NCBI GenBank assembly: GCA_963724765.1
Contig: CAVRVY010000001.1
Span: 1,216,001 to 1,280,000 of the forward strand
Direction: 5' to 3'
DNA from: an uncultured delta proteobacterium
GTDB lineage: Bacteria > Desulfobacterota > Binatia > Binatales > Binataceae
Length of the DNA stretch: 64,000 bases
The notes beneath the pieces were generated by a model. The model had not been told where the DNA came from. It saw nothing but the letters and a program-made list of their open reading frames with translations, and did not search any database. Positions within the stretch are counted from its first letter, which is position 1. Every line of letters begins with the position of its first letter. Below are positions 49,426-59,704 of the stretch, in pieces. A program made the translations under genes and the position numbers.

Positions 49426-50478
49426 ATGATGCTGCGCGGAGCGATTTCAGGTTTCGGCGAGGTTGCCGCGCGGGCGCATCTTGCCGGATGGCGTACGCGG
49501 CCCGAGGTCAATATCGTCGCGATTCACGACCCGGTCTCCGAGCGGCGCCATCAGGCGATGCGGCTCATCCCGAACATCCGCGTGTACGACGACCTCGAAT
49601 TGATGCTCGACGGTGAACGCCTGGACTTCGTCGACGTCGCAAGCCCGCCCGCGTGGCATGCGGCGACGGTGCGGATGGCGCTTGCCGCCGGCGCTCACGT
49701 GCTGGTCGAAAAGCCGTTGTGCCTGGAGGCCGGGGAATTCGACTCGCTCCGCGCCGCCGCCTCAAGCCGCGGACGCGCGCTGATGTGCGTTCACAACTGG
49801 AAGTACGCCGCGACCTACCGGGTCGCTCACGACCTCGTCATGGCCGGGCGGCTAGGCGAGATTCGCTACGTCGCGCTCGATCGGTTGCGCACATCGCCGG
49901 CCGGTATCGGCGTCGGTGCGAGCGGCCGATGGCGGTTGGGTGCGATGAGTGGGGGTGGAATCCTGGTCGATCACGGATGGCATGTTTTTTACCTGATGCG
50001 ATGGCTGATGGGCGGTCTCGATCCGGTCGCAATCGCCGCGTTCATGAGCGTCAGCCAGGCAGCGGCGGTCCAACAGGAGAGTCCGGTCGAAGAGGTAGCC
50101 GACCTGAGGGTGATTTTTCCCGGCGATAGAATTTCCTCGGCCCATCTGAGCTGGCGCTCGCCGGTACGGCGCACGCGTGCGATGCTCTACGGCAGCGAAG
50201 CGGCGCTCGAAATCGACGGCGACCGCGTGATGCTGACCGCGCGGTCCGGAAGCTCTGAAGATCTCTCCCCCACGCCTGATGCCGACGATTCCTACCATTC
50301 GGCCTGGTTCGCGGGGATCGCCGCCGACTTCGAGCGCGCGGTCAATCAGATCATCGAGGACGGCGTCGAGTCCGCAACGGCCGCGGAGAACCTCGCCGAA
50401 GCGCGTGCCGCTCTGGCCCTGACACTTGGCGCGCAGGAATCGAGCCGACGAGGGGGTGCTCAGGTTAAACTTGTGTGA
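49426..50478 (+). CDS. Gfo/Idh/MocA oxidoreductase
   Basis: GFGEVA, VLVEKP, GGGILVDHGWH motifs. Confidence 0.9.
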   Translation: MMLRGAISGFGEVAARAHLAGWRTRPEVNIVAIHDPVSERRHQAMRLIPNIRVYDDLELMLDGERLDFVDVASPPAWHAATVRMALAAGAHVLVEKPLCLEAGEFDSLRAAASSRGRALMCVHNWKYAATYRVAHDLVMAGRLGEIRYVALDRLRTSPAGIGVGASGRWRLGAMSGGGILVDHGWHVFYLMRWLMGGLDPVAIAAFMSVSQAAAVQQESPVEEVADLRVIFPGDRISSAHLSWRSPVRRTRAMLYGSEAALEIDGDRVMLTARSGSSEDLSPTPDADDSYHSAWFAGIAADFERAVNQIIEDGVESATAAENLAEARAALALTLGAQESSRRGGAQVKLV

Positions 50479-50509
50479 ACGGCCTGTTACTTCCAGTCGC
50501 CGACACCTA

Positions 50510-50558
50510 TTGACTTTAGGTTATCGGACTATAAAGTGCTCATTGACCGGTAGGTTAG
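50510..50558 (+). promoter_or_regulatory. Putative promoter and TetR-type operator
   Basis: TTGACT-16 bp-TAAAGT followed by the imperfect palindrome TTGACC-GGTA-GGTTAG. Confidence 0.45.
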
Positions 50559-50671
50559 CGAGTGGCTGAGGGCCATATTCGAGGCTCTCCGAGGGCTCTT
50601 CCGTTTTATCCAGGCTGAGAACTGGCCATGGTCAGAGGAGCCAGCCAGCCAGCGCGTATCCGCCGGGCTAT

Positions 50672-51319
50672 ATGGCGCCCGATTCGCGTTCGATTTCGCC
50701 GGAAAAACCTCAGGATTCGCGGGATGAAATCCTCAAGGCGGGTATCCGTCTGTTCGCCCGCCGCGGTTTTCATGAGACCTCGATGTCCGAGGTGGCGCGC
50801 GATGCGAGGGTCAGTAAGGCGCTGATTTTCTGGCATTTCAAGACCAAAGAGGAGCTGTTCCTCGCGGTCCTCAACCGGTTGCTGGAGCCGTATTTCATTG
50901 ACTTTGCCGAGGAGGTGGGAGCGTTGGACGAGCGCGCGCAGTTGCGCAAGCTGGTGCAGTCGTACCTGCTTTTCATTCGCGACAACGCTCCCTCCGTGCG
51001 TTTTTTCCTCGGCCAACTGCTGCATGGCGAAAAGGTTCCCGAGGAACTGGCCACGCAGGTGATGAAACTGTATGACGGCTATCGCGAATTGATGATAGAC
51101 ATTGTCCGCCGTGCCCAGGAAAAGAATCTGTGCTCGCGCGACATCGCGCCCGAGGCGGCCGCCGGCTTCATGGTGTCGGCGCTAAACGGCTCGCTCATCG
51201 GCTTTTTGTTCGCCGGCGGCACGGCCGACGATCTGGGCGGTGCGGTCAGGATGCTCGAGGAATGGCTGTTCCGCGATCCCGCACAACGCTCGACTGAGGG
51301 CGGCAAAGCCGTCGCTTAA
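50672..51319 (+). CDS. TetR/AcrR family regulator
   Basis: LF..RGFHETSMSEVA..ARVSKALIFWHFKTKEELF HTH. Confidence 0.92.
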   Translation: MAPDSRSISPEKPQDSRDEILKAGIRLFARRGFHETSMSEVARDARVSKALIFWHFKTKEELFLAVLNRLLEPYFIDFAEEVGALDERAQLRKLVQSYLLFIRDNAPSVRFFLGQLLHGEKVPEELATQVMKLYDGYRELMIDIVRRAQEKNLCSRDIAPEAAAGFMVSALNGSLIGFLFAGGTADDLGGAVRMLEEWLFRDPAQRSTEGGKAVA

Positions 51320-51358
51320 CCCTGCTTTTCAGAACCCGATTGGGGGGTAACCATCGAG

Positions 51359-52360
51359 ATGCGAGTACCGCTAAAGCTGATGCTGGATCTTGGCCGCTAC
51401 ATGCGACGCAAGCGCCGCGCGGGGGAGAAATACTTTCCCCTGGTGCTGATGTTGGAGCCGCTGCACGCGTGCAACCTCGCCTGTATCGGGTGCGGACGGA
51501 TCGTGGAATACAAGGACACGATCCGCGACCAGATGCCGCTGGAGGAGGCGCTTGGCGCCGCCGAGGAAGCCGGCGCGCCGATCGTCTCGATCTGCGGCGG
51601 CGAACCGCTGATGTACAAGCACATCGTCCCGCTCACCAAGGGGCTGCTCGAGCGCAAGCGCCACGTGCAGATTTGCACCAACGCGATCCTGCTCGAACGG
51701 TTTATCCGCCACGTCGAGCCCAGCCCCTACCTAAGCTTCAATGTTCATATCGACGGCATGCGCGAGACTCACGACCGCGTGGTTGACCGCAACGGCGTGT
51801 TCGACACCTGCGTGCGCATGATCAAGCTGCTCAAAGAGAAGGGCTATCGAGTGCAGACCAACTCGACCATCTTCCGCGAAACCGGCGCGGAGGAGATCGA
51901 GGATCTGGTCAAGATGCTCGGCGCGCTCGGCGTCGACGGGATGCTGCTCACGCCGGGCTACCACTATCAGGTGCTGACCAACGACGACATCTACCTTAAG
52001 CGTGAGGAGATGCCGCTCAAGTTTAAACGCGTGCGCAAGCTCGCCGAGGACTACAAGATTATCAACACGCCGATTTATCTCGACTACCTGGTGGGCGAGC
52101 GCGACCTGCTATGCAGCCCATGGACCACCGTCACGCGCAACCCGCAAGGCTGGAAGGGCCCCTGCTATCTGATCACCAACGGCCACTACAAGACCTTCGG
52201 CCAGATGCACGCGGCGACCGACTGGGAATACTACCGTACCAAGCAGGACGTCCGATGCCGCGATTGCAAGCTGCACTCCGGCTTCGAGGGCACTGCGGCG
52301 CTGCAGTTTGGTGAGAATCTGAAGGACTCGTGGAGGATGGTGCGTCACTACATGTCCTGA
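51359..52360 (+). CDS. hpnH: Adenosyl-hopene transferase (radical SAM)
   Basis: FPLVLMLEPL.ACNL.C.GCG, GGEPL, CTNA, PW..TRN..GW..PCYL motifs. Confidence 0.92.
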   Translation: MRVPLKLMLDLGRYMRRKRRAGEKYFPLVLMLEPLHACNLACIGCGRIVEYKDTIRDQMPLEEALGAAEEAGAPIVSICGGEPLMYKHIVPLTKGLLERKRHVQICTNAILLERFIRHVEPSPYLSFNVHIDGMRETHDRVVDRNGVFDTCVRMIKLLKEKGYRVQTNSTIFRETGAEEIEDLVKMLGALGVDGMLLTPGYHYQVLTNDDIYLKREEMPLKFKRVRKLAEDYKIINTPIYLDYLVGERDLLCSPWTTVTRNPQGWKGPCYLITNGHYKTFGQMHAATDWEYYRTKQDVRCRDCKLHSGFEGTAALQFGENLKDSWRMVRHYMS

Positions 52361-52458
52361 CCGGACTGGTGCCCGGCGCGCGCGCGACGCACGCCGGCGA
52401 CCCGCTGCGCGGCCGCTGCTGTGCGCGCTAGCTTTGATGGTGAGACGGCGATACCTCG

Positions 52459-53487
52459 ATGGCAGAAGCCAAATCCGACCAGCCCGATCGTGCGCACGCG
52501 CGAAAAGGCGCGGGCGCAGCGCGCGCCAATCCGCGCACCGCGTCGGTCGACGGACAAACGCGCGCGGGTGGCAGCGCGCCGCTGGAAATTGAGCGCTACC
52601 TGCGCGAACGCGCGGCGATCGTCGAGCGGGCGCTCATTGATGCGGTCGCGCAGACCGGCGCTCCGGCCGGGCGGCTGTTCGAGGCGATGCGCTACAGCCT
52701 GCTTGCGGGCGGCAAGCGGCTACGCCCCGTACTAGCGCTGGCGGCGTGCGAAGCGGTGGGCGGCAAGCTTGCTGCCGCGATGGGGTTCGCGTGCGCGATC
52801 GAGATGATTCATACCTACTCACTTATCCACGACGACCTGCCTTGTATGGACGACGATGATCTGCGCCGCGGCCGTCCGACCAATCACAAGATTTACGGCG
52901 AGGCGATCGCGACACTGGCCGGCGACGCGCTTCTGACCGACGCGTTCTGGATGCTCGCCAAATCCCACATCAAGTCCAGCGCGACCTCCGCCAGCGTGCC
53001 CCCCGCGGCCCTGCTCGCGACGATCGCCGAACTGGCCGAGGCGGCGGGCTCAGCCGGGATGGTGGCGGGGCAGGCGATCGATCTGCTCGGTGAAGGCCGC
53101 ACCATGACGGTCGAAGAACTGGAATACCTGCATCGCAGGAAAACCGGCGCGCTTTTTATCGCCGCGGTGCGCGGCGGCGCGCGCCTGGGAGGCGCCGGCG
53201 AGGCCCAGCTCGAGGCCTTGGAGGCTTACGCGCGCGCGCTCGGACTCGCTTTCCAGGTGATCGACGACATCCTCGACGTCGAGGCCTCGACCGAACAGAT
53301 GGGCAAGCGCACCGGCAAGGACGTCGCGCACGGCAAGAACACGTATCCCGGCCTTCTCGGACTGGACAAGTCATGGCAGCTCGCGCGCGACCTGGAGCGG
53401 CGTGCGCATCGCGCGCTCGACGGTTTCGACCATCGCGCCGAACCGCTGCGGGCGCTGGCGAGTTTCGCCGTGGAGCGCAGACTGTGA
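52459..53487 (+). CDS. ispA: Short-chain polyprenyl (farnesyl) diphosphate synthase
   Basis: GGKRLRP, YSLIHDDLPCMDDDDLRRG, GQ..D, KTG, FQVIDDILD motifs. Confidence 0.9.
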   Translation: MAEAKSDQPDRAHARKGAGAARANPRTASVDGQTRAGGSAPLEIERYLRERAAIVERALIDAVAQTGAPAGRLFEAMRYSLLAGGKRLRPVLALAACEAVGGKLAAAMGFACAIEMIHTYSLIHDDLPCMDDDDLRRGRPTNHKIYGEAIATLAGDALLTDAFWMLAKSHIKSSATSASVPPAALLATIAELAEAAGSAGMVAGQAIDLLGEGRTMTVEELEYLHRRKTGALFIAAVRGGARLGGAGEAQLEALEAYARALGLAFQVIDDILDVEASTEQMGKRTGKDVAHGKNTYPGLLGLDKSWQLARDLERRAHRALDGFDHRAEPLRALASFAVERRL

Positions 53488-54578
53488 AGCCAACTGCGGC
53501 TGAAAATTTTTCTGCGCCGGTCGCGCCGGCGTCGGAGGTGCGCCGGACCGTGGCGCGCCAGGCCGTGCTGTTCGCGCCGGGCGATCTGCGGCTTTGCGAT
53601 TTTACCCCGCCGCATCCGGGGCCTGGCGAGCTTTTGCTGCGCGTCAAATGCGCGCTTAGTTGCGGCACCGATCTCAAGACCTATCGCCGCGGTCACCCAA
53701 TGTGGCATCTACCCACGCCGTTCGGACACGAGTTCGCGGGCGTGGTGGTCGAGGCTGGCGAGGGCGTGACCGGATTCAAGGCTGGCGACGAGCTGATGGC
53801 GGCGCCGACCGCGCCATGCGGGACCTGCTTCTATTGCCGCCACGGACAGGAAAATCTCTGCCCGCAGGCGATGGAGAAGATGGTCATGGGGGCGTATGCG
53901 GATTTTCTGTTGCTGCCGGCCCATGTGGTTGCGCGCAACGCCTTTCGCAAGCCCGCTGCGCTTTCTTTCGAAGAGGCTGCGCTGCTCGAACCGCTTTCCT
54001 GCATCGTCCATGCGCAGGCCCTTGCGCGGCCTGCTCCCGCCGAGAGCGTGATGGTAATCGGCGCGGGCGCTTTCGGCCTGCTCCACATGCTGGCGCTGCG
54101 CATGGCTGGGGTGCGCGAGGTCGCGGTTGCCGGGCGCGGCGCGGATCGCCTCCAATGGGCGGGACGGCTCGGCGCCGATCGTGTGATCGATACTACCGCG
54201 GGCGATCCCGCGGCCGAAGTCGCGCGGCTCAACGATGGCTTCGGGCCTGACCTGGTGATCGAGTGCACCGGGCAAGTCGAAGGATGGCGTGACGCGTTCG
54301 CGCGGGTGCGGCGCGGCGGCCGGGTGGTGTTCTTCGGTGGATGTGCCGCCGGCACCGCGCTCCAGATCGACACGCGCCGCATGCACTACGATAATCTCAC
54401 GCTGATTGCCCCGTTTCATTTTCGTCCGCGCGACGTGCGCCGCGCCTACGAGTTGCTTGCGGACGGCCGCCTCGGCGCTGGCCGCATCATCAATGCACAT
54501 CGTCCGCTCGCGGAAATCGCCGGGGTCTTTGAAATGCTCGAGCGTGGTACGGTGTTGAAATGCGCGGTCGTTCCCTGA
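53484..54578 (+). CDS. Zinc-dependent alcohol/polyol dehydrogenase (MDR)
   Basis: CGTD, GHE, CxxCxxC...C structural Zn site, EPL, GAGAFG motifs; GTG start overlaps the ispA stop. Confidence 0.9.
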   Translation: MKPTAAENFSAPVAPASEVRRTVARQAVLFAPGDLRLCDFTPPHPGPGELLLRVKCALSCGTDLKTYRRGHPMWHLPTPFGHEFAGVVVEAGEGVTGFKAGDELMAAPTAPCGTCFYCRHGQENLCPQAMEKMVMGAYADFLLLPAHVVARNAFRKPAALSFEEAALLEPLSCIVHAQALARPAPAESVMVIGAGAFGLLHMLALRMAGVREVAVAGRGADRLQWAGRLGADRVIDTTAGDPAAEVARLNDGFGPDLVIECTGQVEGWRDAFARVRRGGRVVFFGGCAAGTALQIDTRRMHYDNLTLIAPFHFRPRDVRRAYELLADGRLGAGRIINAHRPLAEIAGVFEMLERGTVLKCAVVP

Positions 54579-54685
54579 GGGCATAGCGCCCTGAGGGATG
54601 GCGGCGCGAGGAGAGGAGGGGAGGGGTTGGGAAATCCGAATCCAGCGCTCCGACCGACCGATAACAAGCAGGAATCTTGAACCTT

Positions 54686-56665
54686 ATGAGTGAAGCTATC
54701 GAAATCGCCAACGGCAGAGCCGTGGAACACACGTTCGTTGCGCCTGCGCCGCACGACGAGTCCGCCGCGAAAGTCCAGTCCACCATCGACCGTTCCCAAC
54801 GCGCGCTGCTCGCGCTTCAGCATCCCGAGGGTTACTGGCAGGCTGCGCTTGAGGCCAACGGCGAGATGAACGCGGAGTACATCATCTTCAACCGCTTCAT
54901 GGGCGTCAGCGACCCCGAGATGGATGCCAAGCTCAAGCGCCATCTGCTCGACCTCCAGCAGCCCGACGGAAGCTGGAACCTATTTCCCGGCGGCGAGGGC
55001 GATCTCTCGACTTCAATCGAGGCCTACTTCGCCCTCAAGCTGACCGGGCTGCGCGCCGGCGACGAGCAGATGATGCAGGCGCGCCGATGGATCCTCGCGC
55101 GCGGTGGGATTGCCCGCTCGGGTACGCTCGCGCGCTTTTACCTCGCGGCGATGAACCAGGTGCCGTGGGACTGCACCACCGCGCTGCCGGTGGAATGGAT
55201 TCTCACGCCCGACTGGCTCCCGGTTAACATCTACGAGCTTTCGTCTTGGGCGCGCGGAACGCTGGTCGCGCTGATGCTGCTGCGTGCAGGGCGCCCGGTG
55301 GTCGAGATCGATTGGCGCGAAGGTGTGCTCGAGCTTTACATCCAGCCCCCTCACTTCACCAAGTTCGAGCAGCCGCGTCCGGCGCATTGGTGGTCGCCGC
55401 ACCAGTTCTTCAACCTCGCCGACCGGCTTCTGCGTCTGTACGACCGCCGTCATCTAAAAGGCCTGCGCCGCGACGCCATGGCGCGCGCCGAGCGCTGGCT
55501 GCTCGACCATCAGGACGCCAATGGATCATGGGGCGGAATCCAGCCCTGCTATTTGCTGAGCGCGATGGCGCTGAAGGGGCTCGGCTACCGCAACGACCAT
55601 CCGGTGATGAAAAAGGCGCTCGACGCGACGCACGAGCTCATCTGGGATCAGGGCGATTCGATTCTCTTTCAGCCCTGCGTTTCGCCCAACTGGGACACCG
55701 CGCTCGCCGCCAAGGCGCTGATCGATTCGGGCCTCGCGCCCGAGCATCCGGCGTTGCGCGACGCCTCGAAGTGGCTAATCGATCATCAAATCTTCAAGCG
55801 CGGCGACTGGTCGATTAAGCGGCCCGACCTGGAGCCCGGAGGATGGGCTTTCGAGTTTTTCAACGATTGGTACCCAGACGTCGACGACGCCGCGGTCATC
55901 CTGATGGTGCTCGCGGATTCCGCCACCGATGATGCCGCTGCGCGCGAGCACGCAATCACCAGCGGTGCGAACTGGGTGATGGGCATGCAATCGAAAGACG
56001 GCGGCTTCGCCGCTTTCGACGTCGACAACAAGGCGACCTGGTTCAACTACGCGACCTTCGCCGCCGACACCGAGTCGGCCACTGACCCGGCCTGTCCCGA
56101 CCTGACCGGCCGCGTGCTCGAGATGATGTCGGTGGTTGGCTACCGCGCCGACCATGCGGTCGCGCGCCGCGCGATCGAGTGGCTCAAGCGCGAACAGGAG
56201 GACGACGGCTCCTGGTGGGGGCGCTGGGGGGTAAACTACATCTACGGCACCAGTACGGCGCTCTCGGGATTGCGCGCGATCGGCGTCAGCCCGAGCGAGC
56301 CCTGGATTCAACGCTCGGTCGCCTGGCTCAAGTCGAAGCAGAACGAAGACGGCGGATGGGGTGAGAGCTGTTTGAGCGACAAGGACCCGGCCTGGAGCGG
56401 GCGCGGCGTCAGCACGCCGTCTCAAACCGCGTGGGCGATGATCGGGCTGCTGGCCGGTGAGGACGGTATCGGTACGCATCTGATGCGCGGTCTGCAATGG
56501 CTCCTGGAGCGCCAGCGCGAAACCGGCGATTGGGAGGAGACCGAGTTCACGGGCACCGGCTTTCCCAATCATTTTTACCTGCGCTACCATCTATATGCGC
56601 ACTACTTTCCGCTGATGGCGCTCGGGCGCTTGCGCAAGCGGATGACGGAACTCGCCGCGCACTGA
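54686..56665 (+). CDS. shc: Squalene--hopene cyclase
   Basis: QW repeats, YPDVDD catalytic motif, GRWGVNYIYGT, GTGFP..FYL.Y motifs. Confidence 0.96.
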   Translation: MSEAIEIANGRAVEHTFVAPAPHDESAAKVQSTIDRSQRALLALQHPEGYWQAALEANGEMNAEYIIFNRFMGVSDPEMDAKLKRHLLDLQQPDGSWNLFPGGEGDLSTSIEAYFALKLTGLRAGDEQMMQARRWILARGGIARSGTLARFYLAAMNQVPWDCTTALPVEWILTPDWLPVNIYELSSWARGTLVALMLLRAGRPVVEIDWREGVLELYIQPPHFTKFEQPRPAHWWSPHQFFNLADRLLRLYDRRHLKGLRRDAMARAERWLLDHQDANGSWGGIQPCYLLSAMALKGLGYRNDHPVMKKALDATHELIWDQGDSILFQPCVSPNWDTALAAKALIDSGLAPEHPALRDASKWLIDHQIFKRGDWSIKRPDLEPGGWAFEFFNDWYPDVDDAAVILMVLADSATDDAAAREHAITSGANWVMGMQSKDGGFAAFDVDNKATWFNYATFAADTESATDPACPDLTGRVLEMMSVVGYRADHAVARRAIEWLKREQEDDGSWWGRWGVNYIYGTSTALSGLRAIGVSPSEPWIQRSVAWLKSKQNEDGGWGESCLSDKDPAWSGRGVSTPSQTAWAMIGLLAGEDGIGTHLMRGLQWLLERQRETGDWEETEFTGTGFPNHFYLRYHLYAHYFPLMALGRLRKRMTELAAH

Positions 56666-56681
56666 AGCTCAAGAGGCAGAC

Positions 56682-57869
56682 GTGAAGTCGATTGCAATTC
56701 TCGGCTCCACGGGCTCGGTCGGCGTTACCACGCTTGACGTGGTGGATCGCTTTCACGATCGTTTCCGCGTGGTAGCAATGGCGGCCGGGCGCAACCTCGA
56801 TCTCCTGGTCCGCCAGGTCGAACGCCATCGTCCCGAACTGGTTTCGGTCGCCACGGCCGAACTGGCGGGCGAACTCAAGCGCCGGCTGGGCTCGTCGTGC
56901 AAAACCGAAATCAAGACCGAAATTCATCATGGACTCGAGGGTGCGGTCGCCGCGGCGACGCATCCGGCGGCCGAGATCGTTGTGTCGGCCCTGGTCGGCG
57001 CGCGCGGACTCGGTCCGACTCTGGCTGCGATTGCGGCGGGCAAGGACATCGCGTTCGCCAACAAGGAAGTGCTGGTAATCGCGGGTGAGATGATGACGGC
57101 CGCGGTGCGCGAGCGCGGCGTGCGCCTGTTGCCGGTCGACAGCGAGCACAACGCGATTTTCCAGTGCCTGGAGGGTCGCGGCCGCGCCTCGCTCAAGCGC
57201 ATCATCCTGACCGCGTCGGGCGGTCCGTTTCTCCGCCTCCCATCCGATCGCTTCGCGTCGATAACCGTGGCCGAGGCGCTCAACCATCCCACTTGGCGAA
57301 TGGGCAACAAGATTACGATCGATTCCGCGACCCTGATGAACAAGGGGCTCGAAGTGATCGAGGCGCGCTGGCTGTTCGATCTTCCCGCCGAGCGCATCGC
57401 GGTCATCATCCATCCGCAAAGCGTCATCCATTCGATGGTCGAGATGATCGACGGCTCGGTGATTGCCGAGATGGCCGAGCCGGACATGGCGATCCCGGTA
57501 GCCTACGCGTTGGCTTTTCCCGACCGCCTCCGGCTCGACCATCTGAAATCGCTCTCGCTGGTCGAGCGCGGCAATCTGACTTTCGAAGAGCCCGACCCGC
57601 TGCGCTTTCCATGCCTGCGCCTTGCGTACCAGGCGCTCGAGGCGGGCGGCACGATGGCGGCCTGCCTCAACGCCGCCAACGAGGAACTGGTCGCCGCCTT
57701 CCTGGGCGGGCGGGCGCGCTTCGCCGATATCCCGCGTCATATCGAGACCGTAATGATGCGCCATAAAAACTGCCCCGCGCGCACCCTTGAGGATCTCTAC
57801 GAGGTCGACGGATGGGCCCGCGCCCAGGCGCAGGAGCTGATCGGACAGGCGCCTGCCGCGAGCCTCTGA
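56682..57869 (+). CDS. dxr: 1-deoxy-D-xylulose-5-phosphate reductoisomerase
   Basis: LGSTGS, ANKE, PVDSEH, LTASGGPF, HPTW.MG.KITIDSA motifs. Confidence 0.97.
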   Translation: MKSIAILGSTGSVGVTTLDVVDRFHDRFRVVAMAAGRNLDLLVRQVERHRPELVSVATAELAGELKRRLGSSCKTEIKTEIHHGLEGAVAAATHPAAEIVVSALVGARGLGPTLAAIAAGKDIAFANKEVLVIAGEMMTAAVRERGVRLLPVDSEHNAIFQCLEGRGRASLKRIILTASGGPFLRLPSDRFASITVAEALNHPTWRMGNKITIDSATLMNKGLEVIEARWLFDLPAERIAVIIHPQSVIHSMVEMIDGSVIAEMAEPDMAIPVAYALAFPDRLRLDHLKSLSLVERGNLTFEEPDPLRFPCLRLAYQALEAGGTMAACLNAANEELVAAFLGGRARFADIPRHIETVMMRHKNCPARTLEDLYEVDGWARAQAQELIGQAPAASL

Positions 57870-57870
57870 C

Positions 57871-58803
57871 GTGGACGCCGAGGGCGCCAAAAAACCCAGT
57901 TCCGCGTATCCGTCCGGTGCGCGCACGCCTGTCCCGTTGCCGTCGGCGTTTGAGCCCGACCCCGCGGCGCTCGCCCAGGCCTACGACTTTTGCGCGCATG
58001 TGGCGCGCTCGCACTACGAAAATTTCACCATTGCCTCGTGGCTGATGCCGCGTGCGATGCGCAAGCACATGCATGCGATCTACGCCTACGCGCGCACGGC
58101 CGACGATTTTGCCGACGAGGAGCACAACCCCGCCAAGCTCGATGAATGGGAGCGCGAACTCGACTTGGCTTACGCTGGCGTGCCGAACCATCCGGTCTTC
58201 GTCGCGCTGGCCGACACTACACGCCATTTCGATATTCCGCGCGAGCCGTTCGCCGACCTGCTGCATGCCTTTCGCTCCGACCTCGACTTTCGCGGCTTCG
58301 AAACCATCGATGATCTGCTGGGCTACGCGCGCTACTCGGCCAATCCCGTCGGCCGGCTGGTGCTCTACCTGTTCGGCTACCGCGACGCCGAGCGCCAGCG
58401 TCTGTCCGACCAGGTGTGCAGCGGACTTCAGTTCGCCAACTTCTGGCAGGACGTCGCCGTCGATCTCGAAAAGGGGCGCGTCTATCTGCCGCTTCAAGAC
58501 ATGGCGCGGTTCGGCGTGAGCCTCGAAGACCTGCGCGTGCACAATGCGAACTCGAACTTCGTTGCGCTGATGCGCCATGAGGTCGCCCGCGCGCGCGAAT
58601 TGCTGGTGTCGGGCGCGGCGCTCGCGACGATGGTGGATAGGCGGCTCTCGCGCGACATCATGATGTTCGCCGGCGGAGGCTTGGCGATCCTGCGCGCCAT
58701 CGAGCGGGCGGACTACGACGTGTTCCGCCGCCGCCCCTCGCTCGGCAAATTCGACTACCTGCGCCTGGGCTGGCGGGCGCTGCGAGGGCGGCTTGAAACC
58801 TGA
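57871..58803 (+). CDS. hpnC: Hydroxysqualene synthase HpnC
   Basis: HYENF, ARTADDFADE, YSANPVGRLVL, NFWQD motifs. Confidence 0.92.
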   Translation: MDAEGAKKPSSAYPSGARTPVPLPSAFEPDPAALAQAYDFCAHVARSHYENFTIASWLMPRAMRKHMHAIYAYARTADDFADEEHNPAKLDEWERELDLAYAGVPNHPVFVALADTTRHFDIPREPFADLLHAFRSDLDFRGFETIDDLLGYARYSANPVGRLVLYLFGYRDAERQRLSDQVCSGLQFANFWQDVAVDLEKGRVYLPLQDMARFGVSLEDLRVHNANSNFVALMRHEVARARELLVSGAALATMVDRRLSRDIMMFAGGGLAILRAIERADYDVFRRRPSLGKFDYLRLGWRALRGRLET

Positions 58804-59698
58804 GAACCTCGCGGTTGCGCCGCTGCCCCAAGCGCGTGCGGCGCTGCGCAAGGATTACGCGCGCTGCGCGTCGATCACGCGCCGTTCTTCGTCCAACTTT
58901 TATTACGCTTTCATGCTGCTGCCGGCGGAGCGCCGCCAGGCATTGTACTCGGTCTACGCGTTTTGCCGCTTCGTCGATGATATTGCGGACGACCAGTCAG
59001 TGGGCGGCCATCCCGCCGAACTGCTGACGCGCTGGCGCGAGGAACTCGAGCGCGTATACAACGGCTCGCCGACCCATCCGATATCCCGCGCGCTAGCCCA
59101 CAACGTGCGCCGCTTCGCGATCCCGCGCCGCTACTTCGAAGAGATAATCGACGGCGTCGAGATGGATCTCGGACGTACGCGCTATGCGACTTTCGACGAG
59201 CTTCGTCTCTACTGCTACCGCGTCGCCTCGGCGGTCGGCCTGGTGTGTATCGAAATTTTCGGCTATCGCAACCCGCGCGCCCGCGAGTACGCGGAGAACC
59301 TGGGCATCGCCTTCCAGCTCACCAACATCATCCGCGACTTGAGCGAAGACGCCGCCCGTGGCCGCATCTATCTGCCGCTGGAAGACCTCGCGCGCTTCGG
59401 CGTGACCGAGGACGAAATTCTGCGCAGCGTCGACACTCCCGAGCTTCGCCGCCTGCTTGAGTCCGAGGTCGAACGGGCGCGATCGTTCTACGCGCAAGCG
59501 GAACAGGCGCTTGCGGGCGAGGACCGCGCCGCGATGGTGTGTGCGGAAGCGATGCGCTCAATTTATCGCGCACTGCTCGAGCAGATCGCGAGCAAGGGCT
59601 GCGGCGTCGTCGGCCGGCGCCATCGTATTTCCACCCCGCGCAAGCTCTACCTGGTCGGCCGCACGTGGGCCGGCACGCGGCTGCGAGCGAGGAGCTAG
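58793..59698 (+). CDS. hpnD: Presqualene diphosphate synthase HpnD
   Basis: SSNFYYAF, YAFCR.VDD, YCYRVAS, QLTNIIRD motifs. Confidence 0.92.
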   Translation: MKPENLAVAPLPQARAALRKDYARCASITRRSSSNFYYAFMLLPAERRQALYSVYAFCRFVDDIADDQSVGGHPAELLTRWREELERVYNGSPTHPISRALAHNVRRFAIPRRYFEEIIDGVEMDLGRTRYATFDELRLYCYRVASAVGLVCIEIFGYRNPRAREYAENLGIAFQLTNIIRDLSEDAARGRIYLPLEDLARFGVTEDEILRSVDTPELRRLLESEVERARSFYAQAEQALAGEDRAAMVCAEAMRSIYRALLEQIASKGCGVVGRRHRISTPRKLYLVGRTWAGTRLRARS

Positions 59699-59704
59699 CC
59701 CGCG

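Noticed and set aside
54573-54597. CCCTGAGGGC-ATAGC-GCCCTGAGGG hairpin/direct repeat before shc
   Set aside because: Single small element with no T-tract or further copies; at most an mRNA stability hairpin
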